From positions 23,018-87,017 of the forward strand of contig JBEKCB010000023.1 of the NCBI GenBank assembly GCA_050015075.1: a stretch of 64,000 nucleotides of DNA, in the 5' to 3' direction. The position numbers were made by a program, and so were the translations under genes. The first letter of the stretch is position 1; each line of letters opens with the position of its first letter. The stretch is from Candidatus Brocadiia bacterium (GTDB lineage Bacteria > Planctomycetota > Brocadiia > CAIUPP01). The notes beneath the pieces are model-generated. The model was not told where the DNA came from. It was given only the letters and a program-made list of their open reading frames with translations, and searched no databases. Below are positions 15,991 to 26,862 of the stretch, one piece after another.

Positions 15991-18963
15991 TCATTTCTTC
16001 TTCAGTTCGTCCGCGAACCAGCGGAGCTTCTGCGCGCGCTCGTCCTGCTGGGCATTCGCCGCGCGGGCGGCGCGTAACTCCTGGGTGAGGTTGCGGACTT
16101 GCTCCTCCGCCGCGACCAACTCCTGGAGCCGCTTGGCGAGCTGTTCTTCCGTCTCGCGCAGCGTGGCCGGATTGTGGTGGTTCTGCCGGTAGCCGGCCAT
16201 CTCCCGTTGAAATTGCGCCATCTTTTTGTGCGCGACGCGGCGCGCCTGGACTTCCGCGTCGAGTTTCAGGCGCAGGCGCCGCAGCTCCTCAGCCGTCCGC
16301 GCGACCGCCTCTTCCAGACTTTCTTTCGCGCCGCGTTGAAGCTCGGCTCGCTCCTGCGCCCAGGCTTTCTCCGAGACGAGCGCTTCGTCCATGCGGCGGC
16401 TCAATTCGCCGCGGACCTGTTCCAGTTCCCGCGCGGTCGAAGCTTTCGCCTCTGCGGCTTCGGTCTGCAGGGCTTCCGCGGACCTGGCGGCCTCGGCCGC
16501 TTCCTCGCGCGCGCGGGCCAGCGCCTCGGCATGGCCTTGGGCTTCTTTTTTCAGCGTCTCAAATTTCTCGGCCAAATCCGATCGGGCCTGTTCTGCGGCA
16601 GCCAGATTCTGCCGCAGCGCGGCGATCTCCTTCTCCAGCGATTCCCGTTTGGCGATCTCCGCATTCATCTCGGCGCGGACGGAAGAGTCGGCGGCAAGCC
16701 GGTCGGCGTTTTCGCGCCGCAATTCCTCGCGCTCGGCCGTAATGGCGGAGAGTTCAGATTGGAGCGTCTCGCGCGCCGCGGCCAATTCGCTTTCGCGCGC
16801 GGCGCGCTCGGTCAGCTCCCGCGCCAGGCGCTTATTCTCCTCGAGGAGCGCCTCGACGTGCGAGGATTTCTCCTCTTCGCGGGCGCCCAGATGCTCCAGG
16901 TCGTGCTGCAGCACCTCCAATTCCTGGCGTAACCTGGAATGGGTCTGCTCGGATGCGGCGGCGGCGGCGCGGGCCTTCTCGAGGTCGGCCTGCGCTTGCC
17001 GGCGCTGCGCGGCTTCGGCCTCGTTCTGCTGCCGAGCCTGTTCGAGCGAGGCGGCCAGCGCGGCGGCGCGTGACACAAACCCGGCGCGTTCGGTTTCCCA
17101 TGCACGGCGGGCTTCGGCCGATTTGCCCGTCGTCAGTTCCAGTTCGCGCGCCGCCGAAGCCTGCGCCTCTGCGGCTTTGGCCTGCCGGACCTCCGCGAGC
17201 CTGAGGGCATCGGCCGTTTCCTCGCGCGCGCGGGCGAGCGCCTCAGCATGGCCGCGCGCTTTGCCTCTTAGCGTCTCGAGCCTCTGGGCCAATTCCGACC
17301 GGGCCTGCTCTGCGGCGTCCAGATCCTGCCGCAGTGCGGCGGTCTCATTCTCCAGCGATTGTCGTTTGGCGATCTCCGCGTTCATCTCGGCGCGGACGGA
17401 CGAGTCGGCGGCAAGCCGATCGGCGGTTTCGCGCCGCAATTTCTCGCATTCGGCCGTGGCGGCGGAGAGTTCGGATTGGAGCGTCTCGACCTGCACGGCG
17501 AGCGCTTCGGTGGCTCGGCCGGACTCCAATTCATGCGCGCGGCCTTCGTTGACTGCGCGCTCGGTTTCCCGGCGGGCCGTCGCGAGTTCACCGGCGAGCG
17601 CCTCGGCTTTCGCTTTGAGGGCGTCGCGCGACGCGGCCAATTCGCTTTCGCGCGGGGCGCGGTCGGCCAAGTCCCGCGCCAACCGTTTATTCTCTTCGCG
17701 GAGCGCCGCGACCTGAGAGAACTTCTCCTCTGCGCGGGCGCTCAACTGTACCGAGTCGCGCCGGAGCGCCTCGAATTCTTGGCGCAACTTGGAATGGGCC
17801 TGCTCGAATGCGGCCGCGGCGGCGCGGGCCTTGTCGAGATCGGCCTGCGCCTGCGTGCGCTGCGAGGCATCCGCCTCGGTCTGCCGCCGGGCCTGTTCGA
17901 GCGACGCGGCAAGCGCGGCGTTGGCTTGGGCGGACTCCGATTCATGCGCGTGAGCTTCGCTGACGGCGCGCGCGGTTTCCTGCCAGGCGGACGCGAGTTG
18001 ACGGGCGAGCGCCTCGGCTTTTGCTTCGAGAGCGTCGCGCGTCGCGGCCAATTCACTTTCGCGCGAGGCGCGGCCGGCGAGGTCCTGCGCCAGGCGCTTG
18101 TTCTCTTCGAGGAGTTGCGCGACCTGCGAGGATTTCTCCTCTGCGCGGGCGCTGAGCCGCTCCAGGTCGCGCCGAAGCGCCGCCAATTCCTCGCGCAGCG
18201 TGGAATGGACCTGTTCGGACGCGGACGCGGCGGCGCGGGCCTTTTCGAGATCGGCTTGCGCCTGCCTGCGCTGCGAGATTTCCGCCTCGGTCTGTTGGTG
18301 CGCCAGTTCGAGCGAGGCGGCCAGCGCGGCGGCGCCCGACACGAACCCGGCGCGCTCGGTTTCCCATGCCCGGCGAGCTTCGGCCGACTTGTCCGCTTCC
18401 AGCGTATTCTCCGAGCGGGCCTGCTCCAGTTCCTCGGCCAGAGATTCTTTCGATCCCTCGCGCTCGCGCGCGGCCCGGGCAAGGTCCGATTGAAGCCGGG
18501 CGTTTTCCTGCGTGACGAGGTCCAGGTTTTCCTGCGCCTTGGCGCGGGCGGCGGACGCGTCTGCAAGTTCCGCCTGGAGCTTGGCCAGCGCCTGTCTATG
18601 CGCCGCGAGTTCCTCCGGCGCCTGCTTCTGCGTCAGCAGCTCTTTCTGCAAATCCTGGATCATGGCCAGGTAGGGCGTCACGTTCGAGACCGAGACCTGC
18701 ATCGCTTTTTCGCCGAGCCATTCGATCTCGCCGAGCCGGAGCTTGAGGACCAGGTCATGCCCGTTCTGGAGCTTGAAATGCACCTGGGTGATCGGCCCCG
18801 TTTCCAGGTTGCTGCGGACGAAGGCCGCCAGCCGCAGATCGAGCCCTTCGGGGAGCAGGCGCCGGGCTGCGCCGTTCATGAAGCAGATATTCCGCTGCGA
18901 GTCGAGGATTACAATCGGAGAGAGGAGTTTTTCGAGAGTCTCTTTCGTACGCGACGCTTCCAT
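15991..18963 (-). CDS. N-terminal PAS-like domain plus very long, internally duplicated coiled-coil protein
   Basis: PIVILDSQRNICFMNGAARRL..EIEWLGEKA..VSVSNVT (PAS-like), then about 880 aa of A/E/R/L/Q heptads with large duplicated blocks. Confidence 0.75.
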   Translation of the reverse strand: MEASRTKETLEKLLSPIVILDSQRNICFMNGAARRLLPEGLDLRLAAFVRSNLETGPITQVHFKLQNGHDLVLKLRLGEIEWLGEKAMQVSVSNVTPYLAMIQDLQKELLTQKQAPEELAAHRQALAKLQAELADASAARAKAQENLDLVTQENARLQSDLARAAREREGSKESLAEELEQARSENTLEADKSAEARRAWETERAGFVSGAAALAASLELAHQQTEAEISQRRQAQADLEKARAAASASEQVHSTLREELAALRRDLERLSARAEEKSSQVAQLLEENKRLAQDLAGRASRESELAATRDALEAKAEALARQLASAWQETARAVSEAHAHESESAQANAALAASLEQARRQTEADASQRTQAQADLDKARAAAAAFEQAHSKLRQEFEALRRDSVQLSARAEEKFSQVAALREENKRLARDLADRAPRESELAASRDALKAKAEALAGELATARRETERAVNEGRAHELESGRATEALAVQVETLQSELSAATAECEKLRRETADRLAADSSVRAEMNAEIAKRQSLENETAALRQDLDAAEQARSELAQRLETLRGKARGHAEALARAREETADALRLAEVRQAKAAEAQASAARELELTTGKSAEARRAWETERAGFVSRAAALAASLEQARQQNEAEAAQRRQAQADLEKARAAAAASEQTHSRLRQELEVLQHDLEHLGAREEEKSSHVEALLEENKRLARELTERAARESELAAARETLQSELSAITAEREELRRENADRLAADSSVRAEMNAEIAKRESLEKEIAALRQNLAAAEQARSDLAEKFETLKKEAQGHAEALARAREEAAEAARSAEALQTEAAEAKASTARELEQVRGELSRRMDEALVSEKAWAQERAELQRGAKESLEEAVARTAEELRRLRLKLDAEVQARRVAHKKMAQFQREMAGYRQNHHNPATLRETEEQLAKRLQELVAAEEQVRNLTQELRAARAANAQQDERAQKLRWFADELKKK

Positions 18964-19069
18964 GACGGCCCCTCAAGAAGCGGCGGATGCGCGGTTCAAG
19001 ACGTCCAATACCGGACTGATGATAGCGACAGACGGGGATGTCGTCAACAGTTTTATAGGCAAGTTCGCA

Positions 19070-20263
19070 TTACTTGCTTCGAGTAGCGATCTCGGCATTG
19101 ATCGCGTCGAGGATCGGCGCCAGGAGTTCGATGCGCTCCTTCAATACCAGGGAAAGTTCCCGCTGTTCATTCACCTGGGGCGGGGCGCCGGGCTGGGCGG
19201 CGGGTTCAGCGGCGCGTTGTGATTGGTCCTTGAGCGCCTCGCGGGCGCGGGCGCAGTCCAGGATCGTGTGCTCGATCTTGCCGGCGAGGTCTATCAACTC
19301 GGCGTTCTTCGAATCGCGGAGCAGCGCGGGCAGTTGCTGCTTCTTCGCGTCCACGAGCATCTCGTTTCTCCAGCGGGCGACGGTGAGGGACGACTCTTCC
19401 GACACGAGCAGCTTGCGAAGGTCCGGTTTCATGCGGGAAATCTCAGCGGCCTCGGCTCTCTCGACGTCGCGGGAGACGCGGATTTTGTAAACATAGGCCA
19501 TGGGGGCTTTTTCGTTTTTCTGTTCTTTGGTGCAGGTCCAGGTACAGCGATTAGGGAGCAGAAAGGCGTCCAGCGCGGCCTTGAAGGTCGTGCAGGGAAG
19601 ATTGCAGGTGACCCGACCGACGGCATCCTTGTCTATGGTCACTTCGACGGCCGAGAAATAAAGCACTCCGCTTTTTATGACACCCGTATTGAGCCGCGCT
19701 CCGTTGACCTGCGCAACGAGGTCGGCGACGGCCTCGCCGAGTACTGCGTCATGGACGTTGATGATGAAGGGCACATCGAAAGGGTCATTCCTTGCGCCGA
19801 GGCAGCGGATCAGACGCTCCGGGGCCGTGCCGGCCGCAGGCTGCGCGGGATCCGGGCTTTCCTTGAGGAGGACGGACGTGTCCAGGGCGAGGCACATTTG
19901 GCCGAAGCTGATTTGGCCGTGACTGTCCTCCGCTTTCTTCCAGAGATTGCCGCACAGTTCGGCCGGTAATATAGCCAAGGGTCCCGCCGGCGGGATGCAG
20001 GTCATCAGAATCCAGTTGCCGTCGGTGGAAATGGTGACCTGCGGCGGCGGAGAGACCATTTTATATCCTTCTTTTTCCACCGTTATTGTGTGAGTGCCGC
20101 GCGGGAGGTCCCTGACGGGCACATTGACGGGCGTGACAGCTCCATTCCATTTGCCATCCACGAGAACTTTGGCGCCCTGAGGTATGGAATCTATCCCGAC
20201 GGTGGTGCAGCCTGCAGCCCAGAAAAGCGCGACAGCCGTCAGCACGGCAGCCCACGTCCGCAT
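19070..20263 (-). CDS. PEGA-domain lipoprotein
   Basis: Start MRTWAAVL with AAGGAG SD; lipobox WAAGC; DSIPQGAKVLVDG..TP..GTHTITVEKEGY; C-terminal helical region. Confidence 0.7.
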   Translation of the reverse strand: MRTWAAVLTAVALFWAAGCTTVGIDSIPQGAKVLVDGKWNGAVTPVNVPVRDLPRGTHTITVEKEGYKMVSPPPQVTISTDGNWILMTCIPPAGPLAILPAELCGNLWKKAEDSHGQISFGQMCLALDTSVLLKESPDPAQPAAGTAPERLIRCLGARNDPFDVPFIINVHDAVLGEAVADLVAQVNGARLNTGVIKSGVLYFSAVEVTIDKDAVGRVTCNLPCTTFKAALDAFLLPNRCTWTCTKEQKNEKAPMAYVYKIRVSRDVERAEAAEISRMKPDLRKLLVSEESSLTVARWRNEMLVDAKKQQLPALLRDSKNAELIDLAGKIEHTILDCARAREALKDQSQRAAEPAAQPGAPPQVNEQRELSLVLKERIELLAPILDAINAEIATRSK

Positions 20264-20283
20264 CGCTGGTTCTCCTTGGATAT

Positions 20284-21339
20284 TCATGGCTTCGGATTGT
20301 CCTTGAGGCTGCGCTCGACGAGGAATTTCAGAAGGCTGCTCTCGTTGGCGCTGGACAGCAGGCGCTGCAGGCTTTCCCACAGGCTCGGGTCGGCGATGAG
20401 CAGTCCGAGCGAACCCTTGCCGTCGCGGATGTCGCTCATGGCGGCGTTCAGCTTGTCTATGGCGGCGGCGAGCTGGTCGAGCGACTGGCGCTCGGCCTTG
20501 TCGTAGATGACCGCGTGCGCGGCGCCGTCGCCTTTTTCCACTTCCTTCAGGATTGCCTTGGCGGAGTCCACCGCGTCGGCGAATTCCGTGAGCGCGTTGG
20601 AGAGCTTCTCGCCGTGGATCAACTCGCCCAGGCCGCCTTTGCCGGACTCCACTTCCTCAGCCGTGGAGCGCAACGATTTCGCGGCGGCGCGGAGGTCATC
20701 GAGCGATTTCGGCAGCTCCGGGTCGTACGCCAGAGAATGAAGCAGGCTCGGGCCTTTTTCCGCGTTGGTGAGGATCTGGCTCAGCGATGCCGCGGCCGCG
20801 TCCAGGTTCTTGACCAGGGTGGCCTTGTCCAACTGGCTGAGCACGTCAATGATTTCCTTGGCAATTTCGTTGGCCCGCCGGAACGTTTCACGGGCCTCGT
20901 CGGCGATCTGGTAGTAGTCCACGGTGTCCTGGCTCTTGATCGTCGCGCCGTCCGGAAGCGAGGGCGCGTTTTCGGAGCCGAGGCTGATTTCGACGTACTT
21001 ATCGCCGAGGAGTCCCAGGCTCCGGATCGTGGCGACCGAATCGTCGCGGATGTCGGCCTGGTAGACCCTGCCGAGGCTCAAGTCCAATTGGACCCTCGCC
21101 TCGCCGGAGGGCTCGCGCATGATCTGGATGTGGCGGACGGTTCCGGCGTTGACGCCGGCCACGCGCACGGACGCGCCGGAGATCAGGCCGCCGGCGTTCT
21201 GGAAGGTGGCCGTGAGCGAGTACTGGCGGGTGAAGAGGTGCGAGCGCTGGCCGAGCGCCAGGATGATCAGGATGATAATGATGCCGCTGATGACGACGAA
21301 GAGGCCGGCTCGGACCGAATTGTAATGTTCCCTAGGCAT
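20284..21339 (-). CDS. mlaD: MCE/MlaD family lipid-transport subunit
   Basis: N-terminal TM; F.NAGGL..GASVRVAGV..G.V; GLLGDKYVEI; helical repeats with GSLGLLI.D. Confidence 0.9.
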   Translation of the reverse strand: MPREHYNSVRAGLFVVISGIIIILIILALGQRSHLFTRQYSLTATFQNAGGLISGASVRVAGVNAGTVRHIQIMREPSGEARVQLDLSLGRVYQADIRDDSVATIRSLGLLGDKYVEISLGSENAPSLPDGATIKSQDTVDYYQIADEARETFRRANEIAKEIIDVLSQLDKATLVKNLDAAAASLSQILTNAEKGPSLLHSLAYDPELPKSLDDLRAAAKSLRSTAEEVESGKGGLGELIHGEKLSNALTEFADAVDSAKAILKEVEKGDGAAHAVIYDKAERQSLDQLAAAIDKLNAAMSDIRDGKGSLGLLIADPSLWESLQRLLSSANESSLLKFLVERSLKDNPKP

Positions 21340-21363
21340 CGCAGCCGCTCCCTATTGAAAAGC

Positions 21364-22155
21364 TCAATCTTCGACTTCGCCCGCGAGGAATTGGCATACA
21401 CGCGGGATCCGGCACGCCTCCATCTCCTTCCACGTCCCGACGGCGATGATGCGGCCCTGGTCGAGCATGGCCAGGCGGTCGGTGACGGCCTCAACGGCCT
21501 GGAGGTCGTGCGTGACCATGATGCTGGTGACGCCGAGCATCTGCCGCGTTTTGACGATGAGCGCGCTGATGCGGCGCACGTTCGCCGGATCGAGGCCGGT
21601 GGTCGGCTCGTCGTAGAGGATGATCTTCGGCTCGAGCGCCAGCGCCCGGGCGAGCGCGACGCGCTTCTTCATGCCGCCGCTGAGCTCCGCCGGCATCAGC
21701 GCTTCCGTCCCGGGCATGTCCACGAGGCCGAGTTTCTCGGAGACGATTTTCATCCACCGGTCCGCCGGCATGTCGGGGTTGCGCTCGAGGACGCCGTAGG
21801 CGACGTTGTCCGCGACGGTCATCGAATCGAACAGGGCGCTGCCCTGGAACACCATGGCCACCTCGCGGCGGACCTCCTGCAGTTCGAACGAGTTCATCCG
21901 GGTCACCTCGCGGCCGTGGACGAAGACCTCGCCCGAGTCGGGCAGCAGCAGGCCGATGATCTCCTTGAGCAGGACGGTCTTGCCCTGGCCGCTGCCGCCG
22001 ACGAGGGTCATGATCTCGCCGTCGCGCACGGAGAGGTTCACGCCGTTATGGACGACTTTGCCGCCGAAGGTCATCCGCACGTCTCGCAGCTCGACGGCGG
22101 CGGTCGTTGCCGGCGCGGCCGGCGCAGCGACGTTGCTGTGGCTCTCTTCGGTCAT
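21364..22155 (-). CDS. mlaF: MlaF-type ABC ATPase
   Basis: GGSGQGKT, FQGSALFDSMTV, LSGGMKKRVALARA, YDEPTTGLDP; start MTEESHS. Confidence 0.9.
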   Translation of the reverse strand: MTEESHSNVAAPAAPATTAAVELRDVRMTFGGKVVHNGVNLSVRDGEIMTLVGGSGQGKTVLLKEIIGLLLPDSGEVFVHGREVTRMNSFELQEVRREVAMVFQGSALFDSMTVADNVAYGVLERNPDMPADRWMKIVSEKLGLVDMPGTEALMPAELSGGMKKRVALARALALEPKIILYDEPTTGLDPANVRRISALIVKTRQMLGVTSIMVTHDLQAVEAVTDRLAMLDQGRIIAVGTWKEMEACRIPRVCQFLAGEVED

Positions 22156-22946
22156 ATTCGCCCGCTGCCAAAGATGGCGACGAGGGCGCTGGTCATGATC
22201 AGGTCCGCCGCCAGAATGAGGATGCAGCTCATGACGACGCTCTGCGTCGCGCTCCGGCCGACGCCGACGGTGCCGCCGGTCGTGCGCAGGCCGTAAAGGC
22301 ACGCGACCATGGTGATGATCCCGCCGAAGGCAATCGTCTTGATGAAACCGCTCATGAAATCGCCGATCGTCACCTCTTCCTGTATCCGGCTGAAGTAAAA
22401 CGCCGGCGGCACGTTCAGCATCGACATCGCCATGACCATGCCGCCGAGGATGCCGATCACGTCCGCCAGCGCCGCCAGCAGCGGCAGGCAGACCATGCCC
22501 GCGAGCACCTTGGGCACGACGAGTTTCTTGACCGGGTCGGCGCCCAGCGACTTCATGGCGTCTATCTGTTCGCTGACGGCCATGGCGCCGATTTCCGCGG
22601 CGATGCCCGACCCGATCCGGCCCGCGACGAGGAACGCGGCCAGCACCGGCCCGAGTTCGCGCAGGATGACCAGCGCCACGCCCTCGCTGACGTACGCCTC
22701 GGTGCCCCAGCGCTTCATGGTCTCGCCGGTCTGCACGACCATCACCATGCCGGTGAACAGGCCGAGCAACCCGACGACGTTGATGGACTCGTAGCCGATG
22801 CGCTGGAGCTCGGCGACGAACGCTGCGCGTTCGAACGGACGATGAAAGACCCGGCGCAGGAAGGCGAGGGTGAGCATCGCCACGCCGCCGAGGTGGTTGA
22901 GCGGCTCCAGCAGCGCTTCTCCGAGCCAGGCCAGCAGGCTTCTCAT
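22152..22946 (-). CDS. mlaE: MlaE-type ABC permease
   Basis: RELGPVL, GRIGSGIAAEIGAM.VSEQIDA, GVGRSATQSVV; start MRSLLAW. Confidence 0.9.
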   Translation of the reverse strand: MRSLLAWLGEALLEPLNHLGGVAMLTLAFLRRVFHRPFERAAFVAELQRIGYESINVVGLLGLFTGMVMVVQTGETMKRWGTEAYVSEGVALVILRELGPVLAAFLVAGRIGSGIAAEIGAMAVSEQIDAMKSLGADPVKKLVVPKVLAGMVCLPLLAALADVIGILGGMVMAMSMLNVPPAFYFSRIQEEVTIGDFMSGFIKTIAFGGIITMVACLYGLRTTGGTVGVGRSATQSVVMSCILILAADLIMTSALVAIFGSGRI

Positions 22947-23485
22947 GGCGTCCTCGGGACCGGGCCGGACTTCGCCGCGGGCGCTAGGCCGGCCAGGAAG
23001 CGTTCGGCCAGCTCGTCGCGACCGACGTTCCATTCGATGATTTCGTAGGTGAAGCCGGCGCGCGGGATCAGGTACGCCACCAGGCGCGTTCCGCCGCCGG
23101 TGACCTGGACGTCGAACTCCGCACGGAGCGCCGATTCGCCGTTGGGCAAACGCTCCGCGCGCTGCGAGATTTCTTTCTTCGCGTCGAAGGAGGACAGGAG
23201 TTTTTTCAACGCGAGCCATTCCGGCTCCTTCGGCCGCGTCTTCACGCGCTCGATAAGGAGATTCCCGGCGCGGCCTTGCGGCTTGAAGAGCACCGCGTTT
23301 TCGCCCTGGGGCTCGATCTGCCAGCCGCCCGGAGGCAGCTTCAGCGTCAGGCCGAGGCCCGACCACTGAGCGGTCCCGTCGGAACGGGCCACGCCCGTCG
23401 AGGCGCAGCCGGTGACGAGAAGGAGACAGAAGAAGCCGCACGAAAGCCGCAGAGCAAGCCGCGCGCGTCGGCCGGGTCGGCTCAT
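22943..23485 (-). CDS. Hypothetical lipoprotein (possibly PsbP/DcrB-like)
   Basis: Basic N-terminus, lipobox LVTGC; overlaps the mlaE start (ATGA). Confidence 0.6.
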   Translation of the reverse strand: MSRPGRRARLALRLSCGFFCLLLVTGCASTGVARSDGTAQWSGLGLTLKLPPGGWQIEPQGENAVLFKPQGRAGNLLIERVKTRPKEPEWLALKKLLSSFDAKKEISQRAERLPNGESALRAEFDVQVTGGGTRLVAYLIPRAGFTYEIIEWNVGRDELAERFLAGLAPAAKSGPVPRTP

Positions 23486-23516
23486 GCGCCAGTCCTCTCG
23501 TTCAGATGTAATACGC

Positions 23517-25274
23517 TCATTCCAGCTTGATCCCCAGTTCGCGAAGTTGGCGCGCATCCACCGGGCTGGGCGCCTGCGTCATCAGGTCCACGCCGCGCTG
23601 CGTCTTCGGGAACGCGATCACGTCGCGGATCGTGTCCAGCCCGAGCAGCAGCATTGCCAGCCGGTCTATGCCGAGGGCGATGCCGCCGTGCGGCGGGGCG
23701 CCGAACTTCAGGGCGTCGAGCAGGAAGCTGAACTTCGCCCGAGCCTCTTCATCGCTGATGTTGAGCAGCCGGAAGACGCGCTGCTGCACTTCCGGGTCGT
23801 GGATTCGAATGCTGCCGCCGCCGACTTCGACGCCGTTGAGCACCACGTCGTGGGCCTTGGCGCGGGCGAGGCCGGGCTGCGACTCCAGCGTCGTCAGGTC
23901 CGCCTCCTGCGGCGAGGTGAACGGATGGTGCCGCGCGTCCCAGCGTTTCTCCTGCTCGTTCCACTCCAGCAGCGGGAAATCCAGCACCCAGCAGAACTCG
24001 AAGGCGTCCTTCGGGACCAGGTTCAGGCGGCGCGCGACTTCCTGCCGGAGTTCGTTCATCGCGGTCTGGGCCGCGGACGCCTGGTCGGCGATGAAGAAGA
24101 GCAGATCGCCCGGCCGCGCGCCCATGGCGGCGCGAATCTTCGCCTGGAGTTCCGCAGAGATGAACTTGGCGATCGGCGAATTGAAGCCGGCTTCCTCGAC
24201 GCGCACCCAGGCCAGGCCTTTCGCGCCGAAACGGCCGACGTACTCGGTCAATTCATCCAGCCCGCGACGCGGGAGTGAATTGCCGCCCGGCGCGCAGATT
24301 CCCAGCACCTTGCCGCCCGCGCCCGCGGCGGAGCGGAACACCTTGAACTCGCTCTGCGCTGCGATTTCGGTCACATCGTGGAACTCCATGCCGTAGCGCA
24401 GGTCAGGCTTGTCGGTGCCGTAACGGGCCATCGCCTCGGCGTAGCTGAACCGCCGGAAGGGCGTCCGGACCTCGCGCCCGAGCAGCTCGCGGAAAATGCG
24501 CGCCATCATCCCTTCAATCAGCGCAACGATCTGGTCCTGGTCCACGAAGGACATCTCCACGTCCAGTTGCGTGAACTCCGGCTGGCGGTCGGAGCGCAGG
24601 TCTTCGTCGCGGAAGCACTTCACGATCTGGACATAGCGGTCCATGCCCGCGACCATGAGGATCTGCTTGAACAGTTGCGGCGATTCGGCCAGCGCGTAGA
24701 ACGAGCCGACGTTGAGGCGGCTGGGCACGAGGAAATTGCGCGCGCCGCCGGGCGTGCTGCGGATCATGATCGGCGTCTCGATGTCAATGAAGCCGTGCTC
24801 GTCGAAGTAGCGGCGGATGCACTGGATCAGCCGATGGCGGAAGATCAAGTTGCGCTGCATCTCGGCGCGGCGCAGGTCCATGTAGCGGTACTTCAGCCGC
24901 GTCTCCGTCGCCACGTCGGCGGCGTCAATCTCGAACGGCGGCGTCTCGGCCTTGTTGAGGATGTCCATGTCGGCTGCGTGGACCTCGATGCCGCCGGTGG
25001 CGAGTTTCGGGTTCTCCATGCCCTGCGGGCGCGCGGCGACCCGGCCGCGGACGGAGATGACGAACTCGTTCCGCAGCGCCGCCGCGCGCTCGTGCAGGGC
25101 GGCGTTCTCCGGGCTGAAGACGACCTGCGTGACGCCGTAGCGGTCGCGGAGGTCCGCGAAGAGCAGCCCGCCGTGGTCGCGGACCGTCAAGACCCAGCCG
25201 CAAAGCACGACCTCCGTGCCGGCGTGCGAAGCGTTCAGTTCCCCGCAGGTGTGTGTGCGACGCGTGCCGACCAT
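23517..25274 (-). CDS. aspS: Aspartate--tRNA ligase, likely the non-discriminating type
   Basis: RTHTCGEL, RDHGG, CFRDEDLRSDRQPEFTQLD, GAPPHGGIALGIDR. Confidence 0.97.
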   Translation of the reverse strand: MVGTRRTHTCGELNASHAGTEVVLCGWVLTVRDHGGLLFADLRDRYGVTQVVFSPENAALHERAAALRNEFVISVRGRVAARPQGMENPKLATGGIEVHAADMDILNKAETPPFEIDAADVATETRLKYRYMDLRRAEMQRNLIFRHRLIQCIRRYFDEHGFIDIETPIMIRSTPGGARNFLVPSRLNVGSFYALAESPQLFKQILMVAGMDRYVQIVKCFRDEDLRSDRQPEFTQLDVEMSFVDQDQIVALIEGMMARIFRELLGREVRTPFRRFSYAEAMARYGTDKPDLRYGMEFHDVTEIAAQSEFKVFRSAAGAGGKVLGICAPGGNSLPRRGLDELTEYVGRFGAKGLAWVRVEEAGFNSPIAKFISAELQAKIRAAMGARPGDLLFFIADQASAAQTAMNELRQEVARRLNLVPKDAFEFCWVLDFPLLEWNEQEKRWDARHHPFTSPQEADLTTLESQPGLARAKAHDVVLNGVEVGGGSIRIHDPEVQQRVFRLLNISDEEARAKFSFLLDALKFGAPPHGGIALGIDRLAMLLLGLDTIRDVIAFPKTQRGVDLMTQAPSPVDARQLRELGIKLE

Positions 25275-25282
25275 GCTGTCTC

Positions 25283-26584
<1,302 letters not shown>

Positions 26585-26620
26585 GTGCGCAGAGACTCTC
26601 CATGCAATATCAGGTGCCGG

Positions 26621-26649
26621 ATTATATCAGGTCGGGGCGCCGTTGAAAA
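26621..26649 (-). promoter_or_regulatory. Putative sigma70 promoter of the hisS-aspS-mla unit
   Basis: Minus strand: TTTCAA-like -35, then TG-A-TATAAT (-10 at 26621-26626). Confidence 0.5.
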
Positions 26650-26680
26650 ATCAGGCCGGCTCGCAACGAACGCCTTAAGC

Positions 26681-26862
26681 TCACCACGACGACACTACGG
26701 ACACTACGAACTTCCACATAACGAGTTACTGCAAGCTCGCGACGACGACATTACGATCACGACGGAACTGCTGTTACGGCAATCCGTTGCTTTAATGTTC
26801 GTCGTGGAGCGTTCGTCGCGCCCGTCGTGTCGTCGTGGTGGAATTGCGTGTCATCGTGGTGA
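26681..26862. repeat. Cluster of REP-like arms, CACCACGACGACAC family
   Basis: caccacgacgacactacggacactacgaa (26682-26710), a related arm at 26737-26767, and inverted arms at 26812-26840 and 26848-26862. Confidence 0.7.

Noticed and set aside
15991-18963. SMC or phage tape-measure identity for the coiled-coil protein
   Set aside because: There are no Walker motifs or hinge, and no phage genes nearby.
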